Origin: Roseibacillus sp.
Lineage (GTDB): Bacteria > Verrucomicrobiota > Verrucomicrobiia > Verrucomicrobiales > Akkermansiaceae
Assembly: GCA_002709915.1 (NCBI GenBank)
Contig: PARF01000060.1
Coordinates: forward strand, 45,414-109,413
Reading direction: 5' to 3'
Length of the DNA: 64,000 nucleotides
Below, one piece after another: positions 51,092 through 61,995 of the stretch. The translations under genes and the position numbers were made by a program. Within the stretch, counting starts at the first letter, position 1. Each line of letters starts with the position of its first letter. A model generated the notes under the pieces. The model made no database searches. It was given only the letters and a program-made list of their open reading frames with translations, and was not told the origin of the DNA.

Positions 51092-52999
51092 ATGCAGACT
51101 CTTGCCATCGCCCTTGGGGCCCTTGTCCTCTACCTGGTAGCTTATCATACCTACGGAAAGTTTCTCGCACGCAGGATCTTCAAGTTGGATCCCGAGGCAC
51201 GAGTGCCCTCTGTCGCGATGGCGGATGGGAACGATTATGTCCCTACAAGGAAGGGTGTCATTTTCGGACACCACTTCACGAGTATTGCAGGAACCGGTCC
51301 CATTGTCGGACCGGCCCTGGCTGTCATATGGGGTTGGGTGCCGGCCCTGCTCTGGGTCCTCTTCGGCTCTATCCTGATCGGGGCGGTCCACGATTTTGGA
51401 TCCCTTGTCGTCTCGATCCGAAATCGCGGGCAAACCGTCGGCGATATTGCAGGCCGCGTTCTCAGCACACGTACTCGCATTCTATTTCTATCCATCCTCG
51501 CCCTCGCCCTCACCATCGTCCTCGCTATCTTCGGGCTGGTTATCGCGGCCGTCTTTAAGTTGTTTCCTGCCGCCATCATCCCATGCCTGATACAGATCCC
51601 GATTGCTCTTCTGATTGGGCTCTACCTGCACCGCCGCGGAGTCAATCTGGTGCTCCCCTCTATTATTTCTCTAGGACTGATGTACCTGACCGTCTTCTTC
51701 GGAAATATTGGAATTCTGGGTGAGGCCAACACGTGGCTTGCGAGCCAATCCATCATGTGGTGGGTCGTAGCTCTCCTGGTTTATTCCTACCTCGCCTCGG
51801 TGCTCCCTGTGTGGACCCTCCTGCAGCCGCGAGACTTCATCAATTCCCTCCAACTTATCTCATCCCTTGGCCTCATCGTCCTTGGCCTCCTTATTGCCGG
51901 ACTGGCAGGGGGAGCCCCCATCGGAGACGGGCCTCGTCAGTCTCTCGAAGTGGTCGCGCCGGCGTTCCGTTCCGTCCCTGATGCTCCCTGGCTCTTTCCC
52001 TTCCTCTTCATCACGATTGCCTGCGGAGCCGTCTCGGGCTTCCACTGTCTCGTTTCCTCGGGAACCTCTTCCAAGCAGATCAGGTCCGAAAGCGACGCCC
52101 AATTCGTGGGATATGGCTCCATGCTCACTGAGGGATTCCTCGCTACCCTCGTCATTCTCGCCTGCGTGGCCGGAATCGGTCTCGGTGTCAGCGAGGTCAT
52201 GGTGGAGCCCGCTACCAACAAGGTGGTCAAGACCGGCAACGTGGTAGTCGGCAGTGAAGCTTACCTCAATCGCTATGGCTCGTGGAGTATGGCCGGAGGA
52301 TTACCCGAAAAGATTGGAGCCTTCGTGGAGGGAGCAGCAAACTTTCTGACAACGCTTGGCCTAGCCTCCAGCTTCGCAGTTGCGATCATGGGTGTATTTG
52401 TAGCCTCTTTCGCGGCCACCACCCTGGACACGGCGTGCCGCCTCCAGCGGTATGTTATCCAAGAGCTGGCCTCCACTTTTCTCCCCCATTCCCTGCGGCC
52501 CGTCCCTTCCGGAAAGAATGATGAGCGGAGCAGTAACGCCCGCAAACCCCTATGGAAGCCTCTCGTCTGGCTCACTAACAAACACGGGGCCACCTTATTT
52601 GCGATTGTGATCGCAGGTTGGCTCGCCTCCATGCCCGGTGCTCCCGGTAAGCCCGCTGGAACCGGAGGCCTCATCCTTTGGCCACTTTTCGGAGCTACCA
52701 ACCAACTCCTCGCCGGCCTCGCGTTTCTTGTAATAGCCTTCTGGCTTTGGCGTCGCTCTCTGCCAGTATGGTTCATTATCCCTCCAACCGTTGTCATGCT
52801 CATCTTGCCCGGCATTGCGATGGCGATCAAAGTTTATGAGTTTTTTCAGAACTCGCAGTTCCTCCTCGCTGTTCTCGGAATGGCCACCATTGCTCTGCAG
52901 CTCTGGATTATCCTTGAGGCGCGAGCCGCCTGGCCTCGAGCGAAGGGCCTTGTCGAGGATCTTTCGGGGTCCACCGAAACTCTCCCCGCTAGAGAGTGA
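51092..52999 (+). CDS. cstA: Carbon starvation protein CstA
   Basis: N-terminus YHTYGKFLARRIF..DYVPT..VIFGHHFTSIAGTGPIVGPALA..GAVHDF. Large polytopic protein. Confidence 0.85.
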   Translation: MQTLAIALGALVLYLVAYHTYGKFLARRIFKLDPEARVPSVAMADGNDYVPTRKGVIFGHHFTSIAGTGPIVGPALAVIWGWVPALLWVLFGSILIGAVHDFGSLVVSIRNRGQTVGDIAGRVLSTRTRILFLSILALALTIVLAIFGLVIAAVFKLFPAAIIPCLIQIPIALLIGLYLHRRGVNLVLPSIISLGLMYLTVFFGNIGILGEANTWLASQSIMWWVVALLVYSYLASVLPVWTLLQPRDFINSLQLISSLGLIVLGLLIAGLAGGAPIGDGPRQSLEVVAPAFRSVPDAPWLFPFLFITIACGAVSGFHCLVSSGTSSKQIRSESDAQFVGYGSMLTEGFLATLVILACVAGIGLGVSEVMVEPATNKVVKTGNVVVGSEAYLNRYGSWSMAGGLPEKIGAFVEGAANFLTTLGLASSFAVAIMGVFVASFAATTLDTACRLQRYVIQELASTFLPHSLRPVPSGKNDERSSNARKPLWKPLVWLTNKHGATLFAIVIAGWLASMPGAPGKPAGTGGLILWPLFGATNQLLAGLAFLVIAFWLWRRSLPVWFIIPPTVVMLILPGIAMAIKVYEFFQNSQFLLAVLGMATIALQLWIILEARAAWPRAKGLVEDLSGSTETLPARE

Positions 53000-53020
53000 A
53001 ATTACTAAAAAGGGATCCGC

Positions 53021-55039
53021 TCACCACTCCCCAGAGACCTGCCACTCCTCCATCAGTTCGGCGGGACAATCATCCAGGAAGCGGGAAGGCCTCTGGATAA
53101 CCTCACCGGAATAACTCTTCGGATTAATCTGCGGATAGGTAAGGTAAAGCTCATCCTTTGCCCTCGTAATCGCCACATAGAAGAGTCGGCGCTCTTCTTC
53201 CAGCATGTATTCGTCATCGGCGTCGAGAACTCTGCCATTTGGAAACATCCCATCCGTCAGGGAAATCACAAAGACAACCCTCCATTCCAGACCTTTTGCC
53301 TGATGAACAGAAGAGAGCACGACCTGTTCGGTATCCATTTCCGCCTTACTCCCACTGGGGTCTCCATCCACAGCCGACATAAGGGAGAGCTGGGCGAGAC
53401 ATTCAAGGACATCGTCAAATCGATCCGCATAACTCATCAATTCCTCAAGGTCGGATCGTCGATGTTCATAATTATCAAACGACTCACGCATGACTTCGTC
53501 GTAGACTCCCTCCAGAACACTGAAAATCATTTCGGAAGGTCTGGCAAAGCCATCTACACTGACGAGCTCGTCAAGAGTAAGTCCAAGCTGCTCCCAGTGG
53601 GATGACGACTTTTTCGGAACCGGGAGATCTCCAAGAATATCCGAGAATACTGAAGGAGGGTTTTCTGCCGAAGCGTGAGGCGTGGCCACCCATCCTTTCC
53701 AGAGCTTGTCCGCACTTTTTGCACCAATCCCCGGCAGCAGGCAGACCATCCTCTTAAAACTAACCTCATCGCGACGGTTGGTGACAAAACGCATGAAGGC
53801 GGCAACGTCCTTGATATGAGCTTGCTCAAAGAAGCGCAGGCCACTGGTAATCTGGAAAGGAATACCCCGATTCCTTAGCTCCATCTGGAGGGTCATGCTT
53901 TGATGATGAGCGCGGTAGAGAACTGCAATTTCCTCAAGTTCCACCCCCTCCTCCCGTAACTCAAGGATACGCTGGGAAACGAATTGGGCCTGTGAATTAG
54001 GATCTTCCAGCGACACCAGTGCCGGCATCATCGCGCCTCCCTGCCGGGCTGCCTCAAGATCTTTCTCGAAGCGGTGCCGGTTAGCTTTGATGGCCGAATT
54101 TGAGAGCTCAAGAATTTCTGGCACACTGCGATAATTCTTCTCTATCCGGTAGACTTGGGCATCCGGATAACGCTCAGGAAAGCTGAGGATGTTATCCATA
54201 TCTGCTCCCCTCCACGAGTAAATCGACTGAGCATCATCTCCAACCACCATGAGACTCTGGCCTTCCCCTACTAAAAGATCTACCAGTTCACTTTGCACAT
54301 GGTTCGTATCTTGAAACTCGTCTACCAGAACATACTGGAAGCGCTTCTGGTAGAGTCCGCGTAGTTCCTCGTTTTCCTGCAGAAGCTTGAGAGTCAGAAC
54401 GAGAAGATCATCAAAGTCCATGGAGTTAATCTGGAGCTTCTTTACACGGTAGCGCGCCTCCACCCTCGCAATCTCCTCTGCCCACTCCTCGAAATACGGG
54501 TAGCGATCCACCAGAAGGTCCTCGAGCGAGATTCCTGTATTCTCAATTAAACTGAAAATTGAAATAAGGACGTCCGGCTTGGGAAAACGTCTCGCAGTGG
54601 TATCGATCTCACATTCGGCGATCACAGTATTCATCAATGACTTCTGGTCATCCCGGTCCATGATCGAAAACGACTTCGTAAATCCAATCTCTTCCGCATG
54701 CCGCCTTAGAATCCGATTTCCAACAGAATGGAACGTTCCTCCCCACATTTCGCTCACATCTCGGGGAACCAACGACCTGACTCGCTCAAGCATCTCCTTG
54801 GAAGCTTTATTGGTAAAAGTCAGAAGGAGAATATTTCGGGGTTCGATTCCACGATCGAGAAGATAGGCTACCCGGTAAGTCAGTGTTCGAGTCTTTCCAG
54901 ATCCTGCCCCTGCAATCACGAGAGCCGGACCTGGAGGAGAAGACACCGCTGCAAACTGCTGCTCGTTCAGGTCCTCAGCAAAATTAATCCCGGACGCACC
55001 ACTGGTGGTCGGACGCTCCAGAGTGTATTTGCGCGCCAT
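53021..55039 (-). CDS. ATP-dependent DNA helicase, UvrD/PcrA/Rep family
   Basis: LNEQQFAAV, AGAGSGKTRTLTYRVAYLL, LLLTFTNKASKEM, VDEFQDTN, VVGDDAQSIYSWRGA, TVHQAKGLEW-like SVHQAKGLEW, YVAITRAK. Confidence 0.9.
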   Translation of the reverse strand: MARKYTLERPTTSGASGINFAEDLNEQQFAAVSSPPGPALVIAGAGSGKTRTLTYRVAYLLDRGIEPRNILLLTFTNKASKEMLERVRSLVPRDVSEMWGGTFHSVGNRILRRHAEEIGFTKSFSIMDRDDQKSLMNTVIAECEIDTTARRFPKPDVLISIFSLIENTGISLEDLLVDRYPYFEEWAEEIARVEARYRVKKLQINSMDFDDLLVLTLKLLQENEELRGLYQKRFQYVLVDEFQDTNHVQSELVDLLVGEGQSLMVVGDDAQSIYSWRGADMDNILSFPERYPDAQVYRIEKNYRSVPEILELSNSAIKANRHRFEKDLEAARQGGAMMPALVSLEDPNSQAQFVSQRILELREEGVELEEIAVLYRAHHQSMTLQMELRNRGIPFQITSGLRFFEQAHIKDVAAFMRFVTNRRDEVSFKRMVCLLPGIGAKSADKLWKGWVATPHASAENPPSVFSDILGDLPVPKKSSSHWEQLGLTLDELVSVDGFARPSEMIFSVLEGVYDEVMRESFDNYEHRRSDLEELMSYADRFDDVLECLAQLSLMSAVDGDPSGSKAEMDTEQVVLSSVHQAKGLEWRVVFVISLTDGMFPNGRVLDADDEYMLEEERRLFYVAITRAKDELYLTYPQINPKSYSGEVIQRPSRFLDDCPAELMEEWQVSGEW

Positions 55040-55058
55040 CAGATCAGCTTAGCCCTCT

Positions 55059-56762
55059 TTACTGATCCGGAAAGGCCTTTTCAACGGAGGCGTCCGCTTC
55101 CTCAAGGGACGAACCCTTATCAACCCTATCAGCAAAATGTTGGAACTTGGCGTATTCTCTCCTGATAATCGGAATCATAAAATAGACTCCGATGAGGTTC
55201 GGAATACTCATTGCAAATAAAGCCGCATCCGAGAAGTCGACCGCGCTACCGACATTGGCTGAGGCTCCAGCTATGATAATGAGGCAGAAGACCGTCTTGT
55301 AGGTAAGTTCGAGAGCCTGATTCTTTCCAAAGAGATATTGCCACGCCTGTAGACCATAGTAACTCCACGTCACCAGCGTGGAAAACGCAAACAACAGGAC
55401 ACAAACGAAGAGAAGATACCTGAATCCGGAGTTCACCGTCTCAAAAGCGGCCGAAGTAAGACCAATTCCAAACGAAGAACTGTTATTCCCATCTCGACCC
55501 AGTTCGAATGCCTGGCCGTTAACCGTAAAGTTGGCTGTGTCGCCATCGAACTGCATCGTCGTGACGATCACGAGAGAGGTCATTGAGCAGACAATAACCG
55601 TATCCACGAAGGGCTCGAGGAGGGCTACAACACCCTCCGATGCTGGCTTGCGCGTCCGGGCTGCCGAATGCGCAATGGGCGCTGATCCGATTCCCGCTTC
55701 ATTAGAGAATGTAGCTCGCCGCATGCCCCATATGAACGCAGCGAGAATACCACCCGTAACCGCGGCACGAGGCTGAAACGCTTCGGTTACAATCATACCT
55801 ATCGCTCCGGGAATCGCATCGGCGTTTACCACCAGCACAAGAAGAGCACTCAGAATGTAAATCACGCACATCGTCGGAACCAGTTTTGAGGTTACCTTCG
55901 CAATCGATTTGATCCCTCCAATAATTACCAGCGCCGTTACGAGTGCCATCATGAGACCGAAAACCCACTGATTTGACGCGAAGAAACTATCCTGTCCGGT
56001 GACATTGATAAGCTGCTGGGTGACTTGGTTGACCTGAAAGATGTTTCCACCTCCGAACGAAGCAAACACGCAGAAGATCGCAAAGAGGACAGCAAGAATG
56101 GCACCGATCGGCCCGAGTCCACGCTCCGCCATACCTCGCTTCAGGTAATACATGGGTCCACCCTGAACATGACCTGCTCCATCGATGCTGCGATATTTTA
56201 CGCCAAGAGTACACTCAGCAAACTTGGTAGCCATTCCGAGAAAGCCACTGAGAAAGAGCCAGAAAGCAACCCCCGGACCAGCAATGGAAATTCCGATCGC
56301 AACTCCAGCGATATTCCCAAGCCCTACCGTTCCCGAGACTGCGGTCGCAAGCGCCTGAAAGTGTGAGATGTTACCGGGATCATCTGGCCCACTGTATTTT
56401 CCCCTGACTGTTCGCAGCGCCAGAGGAAAGGCCCGGAGATTGATGGCCTTGAAGACCGCCGTAAAAACAATTCCTGCGGCAGCCAGCCAGAGAATAACCC
56501 AGAGGACTTCATAATCCGCAATGCGGATGGAAGAAAATATGGCTTTTACAAACCACCCGGTCGTTTTTCGGAAACCCTCGTTAATTCGTTCGTCGACCGA
56601 TTTAGTTTCCTCTTCTGCAGACGTAACTTCTTCGGTCTGTCCGACCTCAGTAGCCGATGATAGAGGATTTGTATCCGGTTCCTGAGCGACAACAATTCCA
56701 TCACCCAGGAGGAGAAGGGAACCGAGGAGCAGTAATCGACGGAAGCCGGGCCGGATCTTCAT
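55059..56762 (-). CDS. Alanine/glycine:cation symporter (AGCS family)
   Basis: FQALATAVSGTVGLGNIAGVAIGISIAGPGVAFW and GGPMYYLKRG motifs, FSNEAGIGSAPIAHSAA. It has a long N-terminal extension with a signal-like segment. Confidence 0.85.
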   Translation of the reverse strand: MKIRPGFRRLLLLGSLLLLGDGIVVAQEPDTNPLSSATEVGQTEEVTSAEEETKSVDERINEGFRKTTGWFVKAIFSSIRIADYEVLWVILWLAAAGIVFTAVFKAINLRAFPLALRTVRGKYSGPDDPGNISHFQALATAVSGTVGLGNIAGVAIGISIAGPGVAFWLFLSGFLGMATKFAECTLGVKYRSIDGAGHVQGGPMYYLKRGMAERGLGPIGAILAVLFAIFCVFASFGGGNIFQVNQVTQQLINVTGQDSFFASNQWVFGLMMALVTALVIIGGIKSIAKVTSKLVPTMCVIYILSALLVLVVNADAIPGAIGMIVTEAFQPRAAVTGGILAAFIWGMRRATFSNEAGIGSAPIAHSAARTRKPASEGVVALLEPFVDTVIVCSMTSLVIVTTMQFDGDTANFTVNGQAFELGRDGNNSSSFGIGLTSAAFETVNSGFRYLLFVCVLLFAFSTLVTWSYYGLQAWQYLFGKNQALELTYKTVFCLIIIAGASANVGSAVDFSDAALFAMSIPNLIGVYFMIPIIRREYAKFQHFADRVDKGSSLEEADASVEKAFPDQ

Positions 56763-56891
56763 CTTTGGAAGCTGACAATTCCGAACCTTGGGAACAAGGC
56801 CGAAGGCAATTTTTAAGCGGTATCCCTTGCAATTCTTAAAAAAAATTACGTATCGACCCTGTCTGCTGCTCTGCGAGGATCTAAATCCCAG

Positions 56892-59231
56892 ATGGATTCC
56901 GAATGTCGCTCCCGATCTACCTCAGGATGGACTCCGGCAGATTATCCAAGGATCACGGTGGCGGCTGTGATACTCGCCCTTCTCGTGTTTGGGGTATACC
57001 TCTCAACTCGATATGACCCGCCCCCAGTCGTTGGCACTGAAGGACCATCCGATGTGTTTTCCGGAGAACGAGCATTTGAACGCCTAAAGAGGATTCTGCC
57101 ACGTGCCGAACCTCATCCCCTCGGCTCACCCGCCAATCATCAAATTCGCTCCAGAATTTTTGAGGAATTGAAAGATCTTGGGCTTGATCCCGTTCAAAAT
57201 GACCATTGGGTCTCGAGCAGGAGCCCTACCGCAGGTAGCAGCCTCACTCTCGCCCGAAATCTCATTGTCGAGTTACCCTCTGCAAATCCAGATCTTCCCG
57301 CCATCCTCCTTGCCTGCCATTATGACTCCGTAGCTGCAGGTCCCGGCGCCAGTGATGACGCTGCTGCGGTAGCATCGCTGATAGAAATCGCCGCTATTCT
57401 GATGAGGGAAACACCCCTCGCCCGTCCGGTGTTTCTACTTTTCACTGACGGAGAGGAAGTTGGCCTCATGGGAGCCCGGGGATTCGTACGCTTTAACGAA
57501 ATCGCAGATCAGATCGGTGTGGTGATAAATCTTGAAGCACGAGGCAGTTCCGGTGGCAGCCTAATGTTTGAAACTTCGGAAGGAAACTCATGGCTCGTTG
57601 AACAAATGGCGCGGGGCCTTGATCGCCCTATGAGCAGCTCCGCTTACGTCTCAATTTACCGTGCAATGCCTAACTCGTCTGACCTCACCGTTTTCATGAA
57701 TCGGGGGTTAAGTGGATTCAACTTTGCCTTCATTGGCAACCCTAAGCATTATCACACCCCTCTCGATAATATCGAGAACCTCGACCTTGGAAGCCTGCAA
57801 CATCAGGGCGATCATGCGCTTGCAATAACTCGTCAACTCCTTCTTTCGGAATGGATCGAACCGTCTTCCAGCCAGGACGCAGTCTACACCGATATCGGAG
57901 CCAGCTTTATTCTCTCCTGGCCTGCAGGACGGACCCCGTGGTTTGCTGGAGCCATTCTACTCTCCATCGTCTTTTCCTTTCGCTTTTCCGCTAACGCCAG
58001 CTGCCTGCAAAGACGAAAGCTCCTCCGCGGAGGATTTTGCTGGGCGCTGAGCATGCTTCTTGGGGTTATCCTGGGCTGGCTCTCAGCCACTCTCCTCCAA
58101 CATCTTGATTCAACTCCAACACCATGGCCCGAGGAATTTCATTACGACCTCATCGTACCCTCTCTCGTCGCTTCCCTAGCCACGCTGGCAGCCGTCACGC
58201 TAATTCGGTCCGATCCCACCACTTTTTATTTCCTCCACGCAATCGCTCTTTCTCTCGGCTCCCTGATCCTGAGTTTTTCCGCCGAGGGGTTCTCTTACAT
58301 TCTTATACTTCCCGCCTTTACCGCCTCACTCGCATCGTTCCTGCTTGCCGGGAATAATCGAAAGCGAAGGCTTCTTCTTCCTGTGTGTTGCGTGCTGGTT
58401 GCAGCGGCCACCTCTCTGGTCTTAGTCCCTATTATTAAGTTTCTGCCGCCCGCTCTTGGAGTTTTCGCCTCTCCACCAATACTCTCATTTCTTGTCGTTC
58501 TCCTCCTTCTCCCGCTCGCCCCAGTTGTCTCCTCCCTTGCGCGTCCTTTTACCTCTGGTATTTGTTTTCTCCTACTTACAGGAGCTGTGTGGGCCGGATA
58601 TGCTGCCGTGAAATCACCCTTTTTCAGTTCGAGTGCTCCGCAGCAAATCAATCTGACCTATTTTGAGGCTGTTAACCGAGACGACGCTCAGGTCGAAATT
58701 TCATCATGGGAGGGAGACCTTCCTCAGACGCTAATCAGAAACCTCGTACCGTTCCCCGAGGCCAGCGAGCTCCCATATCCCTTGGGCCCATCTGTCTTCA
58801 CTGCTCCTAAAGCGCAGCTAGCGAGCCCCGATCTTGAGCTCCTGAAATGGAATACGACAGAGCATTCACACTACGCAAAAATTCGTCTTCGGCCGACTGC
58901 CGCATCCCAAGAAATTCAGATCAGGATTGATCAAAGAGCAGGGCTCTCCCAGGTCACTGCGCTCGGGATGGACATGCGCTTACCCGATCCGGATGTGCAT
59001 GGCCAGCAGTCCCTAGTCTTCCGGGGAATACCAGAGGACGGCCTTGAAATCACTTTGGCATGGACGTCTGGCCCCTCCCTTGCCCTTTCTCTTATCGGCA
59101 TCACTCCCAAAGTCCCGCCCCAGCTCGATGCCCTGCGTGCAAATCGCGATCGATCCCCGGCCTGTCCGGCCCACGGAGGCGATCGCTCAATCACTTTGCG
59201 TCAGATGACCCTAAGGTCGCCCTTATTCTGA
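56892..59231 (+). CDS. M28 family metallopeptidase fused to a polytopic membrane domain (ERMP1-like architecture)
   Basis: N-terminal TM. M28 motifs (LLACHYDSVAAGPGASDDAAAV, LLFTDGEEVGLMGARGF, NLEARG), then about 8 hydrophobic helices and a C-terminal soluble region. Confidence 0.75.
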   Translation: MDSECRSRSTSGWTPADYPRITVAAVILALLVFGVYLSTRYDPPPVVGTEGPSDVFSGERAFERLKRILPRAEPHPLGSPANHQIRSRIFEELKDLGLDPVQNDHWVSSRSPTAGSSLTLARNLIVELPSANPDLPAILLACHYDSVAAGPGASDDAAAVASLIEIAAILMRETPLARPVFLLFTDGEEVGLMGARGFVRFNEIADQIGVVINLEARGSSGGSLMFETSEGNSWLVEQMARGLDRPMSSSAYVSIYRAMPNSSDLTVFMNRGLSGFNFAFIGNPKHYHTPLDNIENLDLGSLQHQGDHALAITRQLLLSEWIEPSSSQDAVYTDIGASFILSWPAGRTPWFAGAILLSIVFSFRFSANASCLQRRKLLRGGFCWALSMLLGVILGWLSATLLQHLDSTPTPWPEEFHYDLIVPSLVASLATLAAVTLIRSDPTTFYFLHAIALSLGSLILSFSAEGFSYILILPAFTASLASFLLAGNNRKRRLLLPVCCVLVAAATSLVLVPIIKFLPPALGVFASPPILSFLVVLLLLPLAPVVSSLARPFTSGICFLLLTGAVWAGYAAVKSPFFSSSAPQQINLTYFEAVNRDDAQVEISSWEGDLPQTLIRNLVPFPEASELPYPLGPSVFTAPKAQLASPDLELLKWNTTEHSHYAKIRLRPTAASQEIQIRIDQRAGLSQVTALGMDMRLPDPDVHGQQSLVFRGIPEDGLEITLAWTSGPSLALSLIGITPKVPPQLDALRANRDRSPACPAHGGDRSITLRQMTLRSPLF

Positions 59232-59250
59232 ACGAGCAGAGCATGCCGTC

Positions 59251-61842
59251 TTAAGCCGCGCGTCTCTGAGAGGGCGCGCAGACCATCTCCCCATTTTTCA
59301 TTCCTACCTCAACCGTATCGCCCTCGGCAAAAAATCCTTCGAGAACCTGCAAACTAAGAGGATCAAGAAGGCACTTCTGAATGGCTCTCTTGAGAGGTCT
59401 AGCCCCGTAAACAGGATCATACCCTTCCTGCGCAAGAAAATCCTCTGACTCCTTACTGATCCGCAGATTAAGCCCCTTCCGAGATAATCTTGCCTCTACC
59501 CTCTCCAACTGCAGCCGGACAATGCGCTGTAATTCCCTCTTGCCGAGACGTTCGAATACCACTGTCTCATCAACCCGGTTCAGAAACTCCGGCCGAAAAT
59601 GACTGCGAAGAGCCTCCATAACGCCCGCATCCTGCTGTTCGGAGCTTCCCTCACCAACAAGTATGTCGCTGCCAATATTTGAAGTCATAATCAGAACGGT
59701 ATTGCGGAAGTCTACTGTCCGCCCCTGCCCGTCAGTGACTCGTCCATCATCAAGGACCTGAAGGAGAACATTGAATACCTCAGGATGAGCTTTCTCAATC
59801 TCGTCGAGTAGAACGATTGAGTAGGGATTCCTCCGCACATGTTCGCTTAACTGACCTCCCTCCTCGTAACCAACATATCCCGGCGGAGCACCAATGAGGC
59901 GGGAGACACTATGCTTCTCCATATACTCCGACATATCGATCCTGACCATTGCACTCTCGTCATCAAAAAGAAACTCCGCTAACGCCTTGGAAAGCTCGGT
60001 CTTTCCAACTCCCGTCGACCCAAGAAACATGAAGGAACCAATCGGCCGATTCTCATCCTGCAGGCCAGCTCGAGCGCGCCGGATGGCATTTGACACCGCT
60101 GTTATGGCATCTTTCTGACCGATAACCCGATCTCCCATCCGAGCTTCCATCTCTACAAGCTTATCTCTCTCTCCTTCTCGAAGTCTATCGACAGGAATAC
60201 CGGTCCAAGATGCGACCACTCGTGCGATATCTTCCTCAGTCACCTCTTCTCGGAGAAGCTGCACGTCGGAGTTTCGTTCACCTAGACGAACTTTTGCCTT
60301 CTCGAGTTCATCTCGCACGTCAGGCAATGATCCATAAGTTAATTCCGATGCACGTGTCAGGTCCCCAAGACGCTTCGCTGATTCTGCCTCCGTCTTCACT
60401 TGGTCAATACGCTCTTGAAGAGCGCGCACCTCCTCAATCAGATCTTTCTCTTTGCGCCACTGCTTTGTAAGGCCGGAAGATTGCTTGCGTAGATTGGCTA
60501 TCTCTCGCTCAACCCTCTTTAGACGCTCCGAGCTTGCTTGGTCTGATTCCTTTTCAAGCGCCTGCCGCTCCATCTCGAGTTGCATTATTTGGCGCTCAAG
60601 CCTGTCAAGATCTGTCGGCATGGAGTCCAGTTCGATCTTCAACCTTGAAGCAGCCTCATCAACGAGGTCGACAGCCTTGTCCGGAAGAAAGCGAGCCGAG
60701 ACATACCGGTCCCCTAACTGGGCTGCTGCCACCAGAGCACTATCCTGGATTCTTACGCCGTGATGAATCTCATAGCGTTCCTTGAGACCACGTAGGATTG
60801 CGATCGAGTCCTCCACCGAGGGCTCCTCAACCCTGACTGGTTGAAATCGACGTTCGAGGGCGGCATCCTTTTCCACATAATTTCGATACTCTGCGGGCGT
60901 AGTAGCTCCAATAGTACGTAGTTCACCGCGGGCCAACTGCGGCTTGAGGAGATTAGAAGCATCAACTGCTCCCTCACTCGCACCAGCTCCAACGATGGTG
61001 TGTAGCTCATCGATAAAAAGGATAATCTGACCATCTGCCGCGGTGACCTCCTTGAGAAATGCCTTCAAACGGTCCTCAAACTCGCCCCGATACTTTGCTC
61101 CTGCAATCATGGATCCGATATCCATAGCTATAATTCGCTTGTTCTTCATCGAATCCGGCACATCACCACCCACGATTCGCCGGGCGAGGCCCTCCACGAT
61201 CGCCGTCTTACCTGTGCCTGGTTCACCAATCAGAACGGGATTATTTTTTGTCCGACGGGAGAGCACCTGCATTACCCTTCGAACCTCTCCATCTCGTCCA
61301 ATTACAGGATCAATTTTGCCTTCGCGCGCAAGAACGCAAAGATCGGTACCATACTTCTCGAGTGCCTGATATTTCCCTTCAGGATTCTCATCGGTGACCT
61401 TCTGACTCCCGCGGACCTCTCTTAACGCACTCTCCAAATCTCCCTCGCTAGCCCCTGCTCCAACCAGAAGATCCTTCCCGGATCCACTTACTTCCATCAT
61501 CCCCAGAACCACATGTTCAATACTGAGAAAATCGTCCCCCATCTTCGACCTGACCTCATCCGCAAAATCCAATACGGATCGGAGGTTTCTCTCCAATTCC
61601 GGCTGCCCACTCACCCCCGCCACCCGCGGTTCCCTGTCAAGGGACATGATCAGCCGTGCTTTCAAGCCGGTAATATCAACACCCGCTTTCTCAAGTAGGG
61701 AAACCGCCAGTCCTTCTTCCTGCTGTATCAATCCAAGCAGAACATGCTCACATTTCAGCTCTGCATGCCGAGACTTTGCAGCTAGTCGCTGCGCTCCCTG
61801 GAGTACCTCCTGAAGTTTGATTGTTAGTTTTTCGAGGGCCAT
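59251..61842 (-). CDS. clpB: ATP-dependent chaperone ClpB
   Basis: Clp N domain. Two AAA+ modules ([18 protein letters not shown]), a long coiled-coil middle domain, [29 protein letters not shown] 61842 (MALEKLT) is preferred over the extended ORF. Confidence 0.95.
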   Translation of the reverse strand: MALEKLTIKLQEVLQGAQRLAAKSRHAELKCEHVLLGLIQQEEGLAVSLLEKAGVDITGLKARLIMSLDREPRVAGVSGQPELERNLRSVLDFADEVRSKMGDDFLSIEHVVLGMMEVSGSGKDLLVGAGASEGDLESALREVRGSQKVTDENPEGKYQALEKYGTDLCVLAREGKIDPVIGRDGEVRRVMQVLSRRTKNNPVLIGEPGTGKTAIVEGLARRIVGGDVPDSMKNKRIIAMDIGSMIAGAKYRGEFEDRLKAFLKEVTAADGQIILFIDELHTIVGAGASEGAVDASNLLKPQLARGELRTIGATTPAEYRNYVEKDAALERRFQPVRVEEPSVEDSIAILRGLKERYEIHHGVRIQDSALVAAAQLGDRYVSARFLPDKAVDLVDEAASRLKIELDSMPTDLDRLERQIMQLEMERQALEKESDQASSERLKRVEREIANLRKQSSGLTKQWRKEKDLIEEVRALQERIDQVKTEAESAKRLGDLTRASELTYGSLPDVRDELEKAKVRLGERNSDVQLLREEVTEEDIARVVASWTGIPVDRLREGERDKLVEMEARMGDRVIGQKDAITAVSNAIRRARAGLQDENRPIGSFMFLGSTGVGKTELSKALAEFLFDDESAMVRIDMSEYMEKHSVSRLIGAPPGYVGYEEGGQLSEHVRRNPYSIVLLDEIEKAHPEVFNVLLQVLDDGRVTDGQGRTVDFRNTVLIMTSNIGSDILVGEGSSEQQDAGVMEALRSHFRPEFLNRVDETVVFERLGKRELQRIVRLQLERVEARLSRKGLNLRISKESEDFLAQEGYDPVYGARPLKRAIQKCLLDPLSLQVLEGFFAEGDTVEVGMKNGEMVCAPSQRRAA

Positions 61843-61995
61843 GGAAAACCAGTCGCAATTTCCAGACCATCCCAAATATCCCGTATTATTAGGGTATGGC
61901 ATCAATAAAGAGACACCGTGACCCGGGAAACGGGACACCGTGTCGGGTCGAATTGTCCCACTTTACCTTCCTTGCCTCCCCAGCCATTACCAGAG

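Noticed and set aside
56763-56891. A glycine riboswitch or other leader upstream of the AGCS alanine/glycine symporter.
   Set aside because: I read the minus strand of the 129-bp region. It has no ACCGAAGGGGCAA-type glycine aptamer core and is too short for a tandem aptamer.
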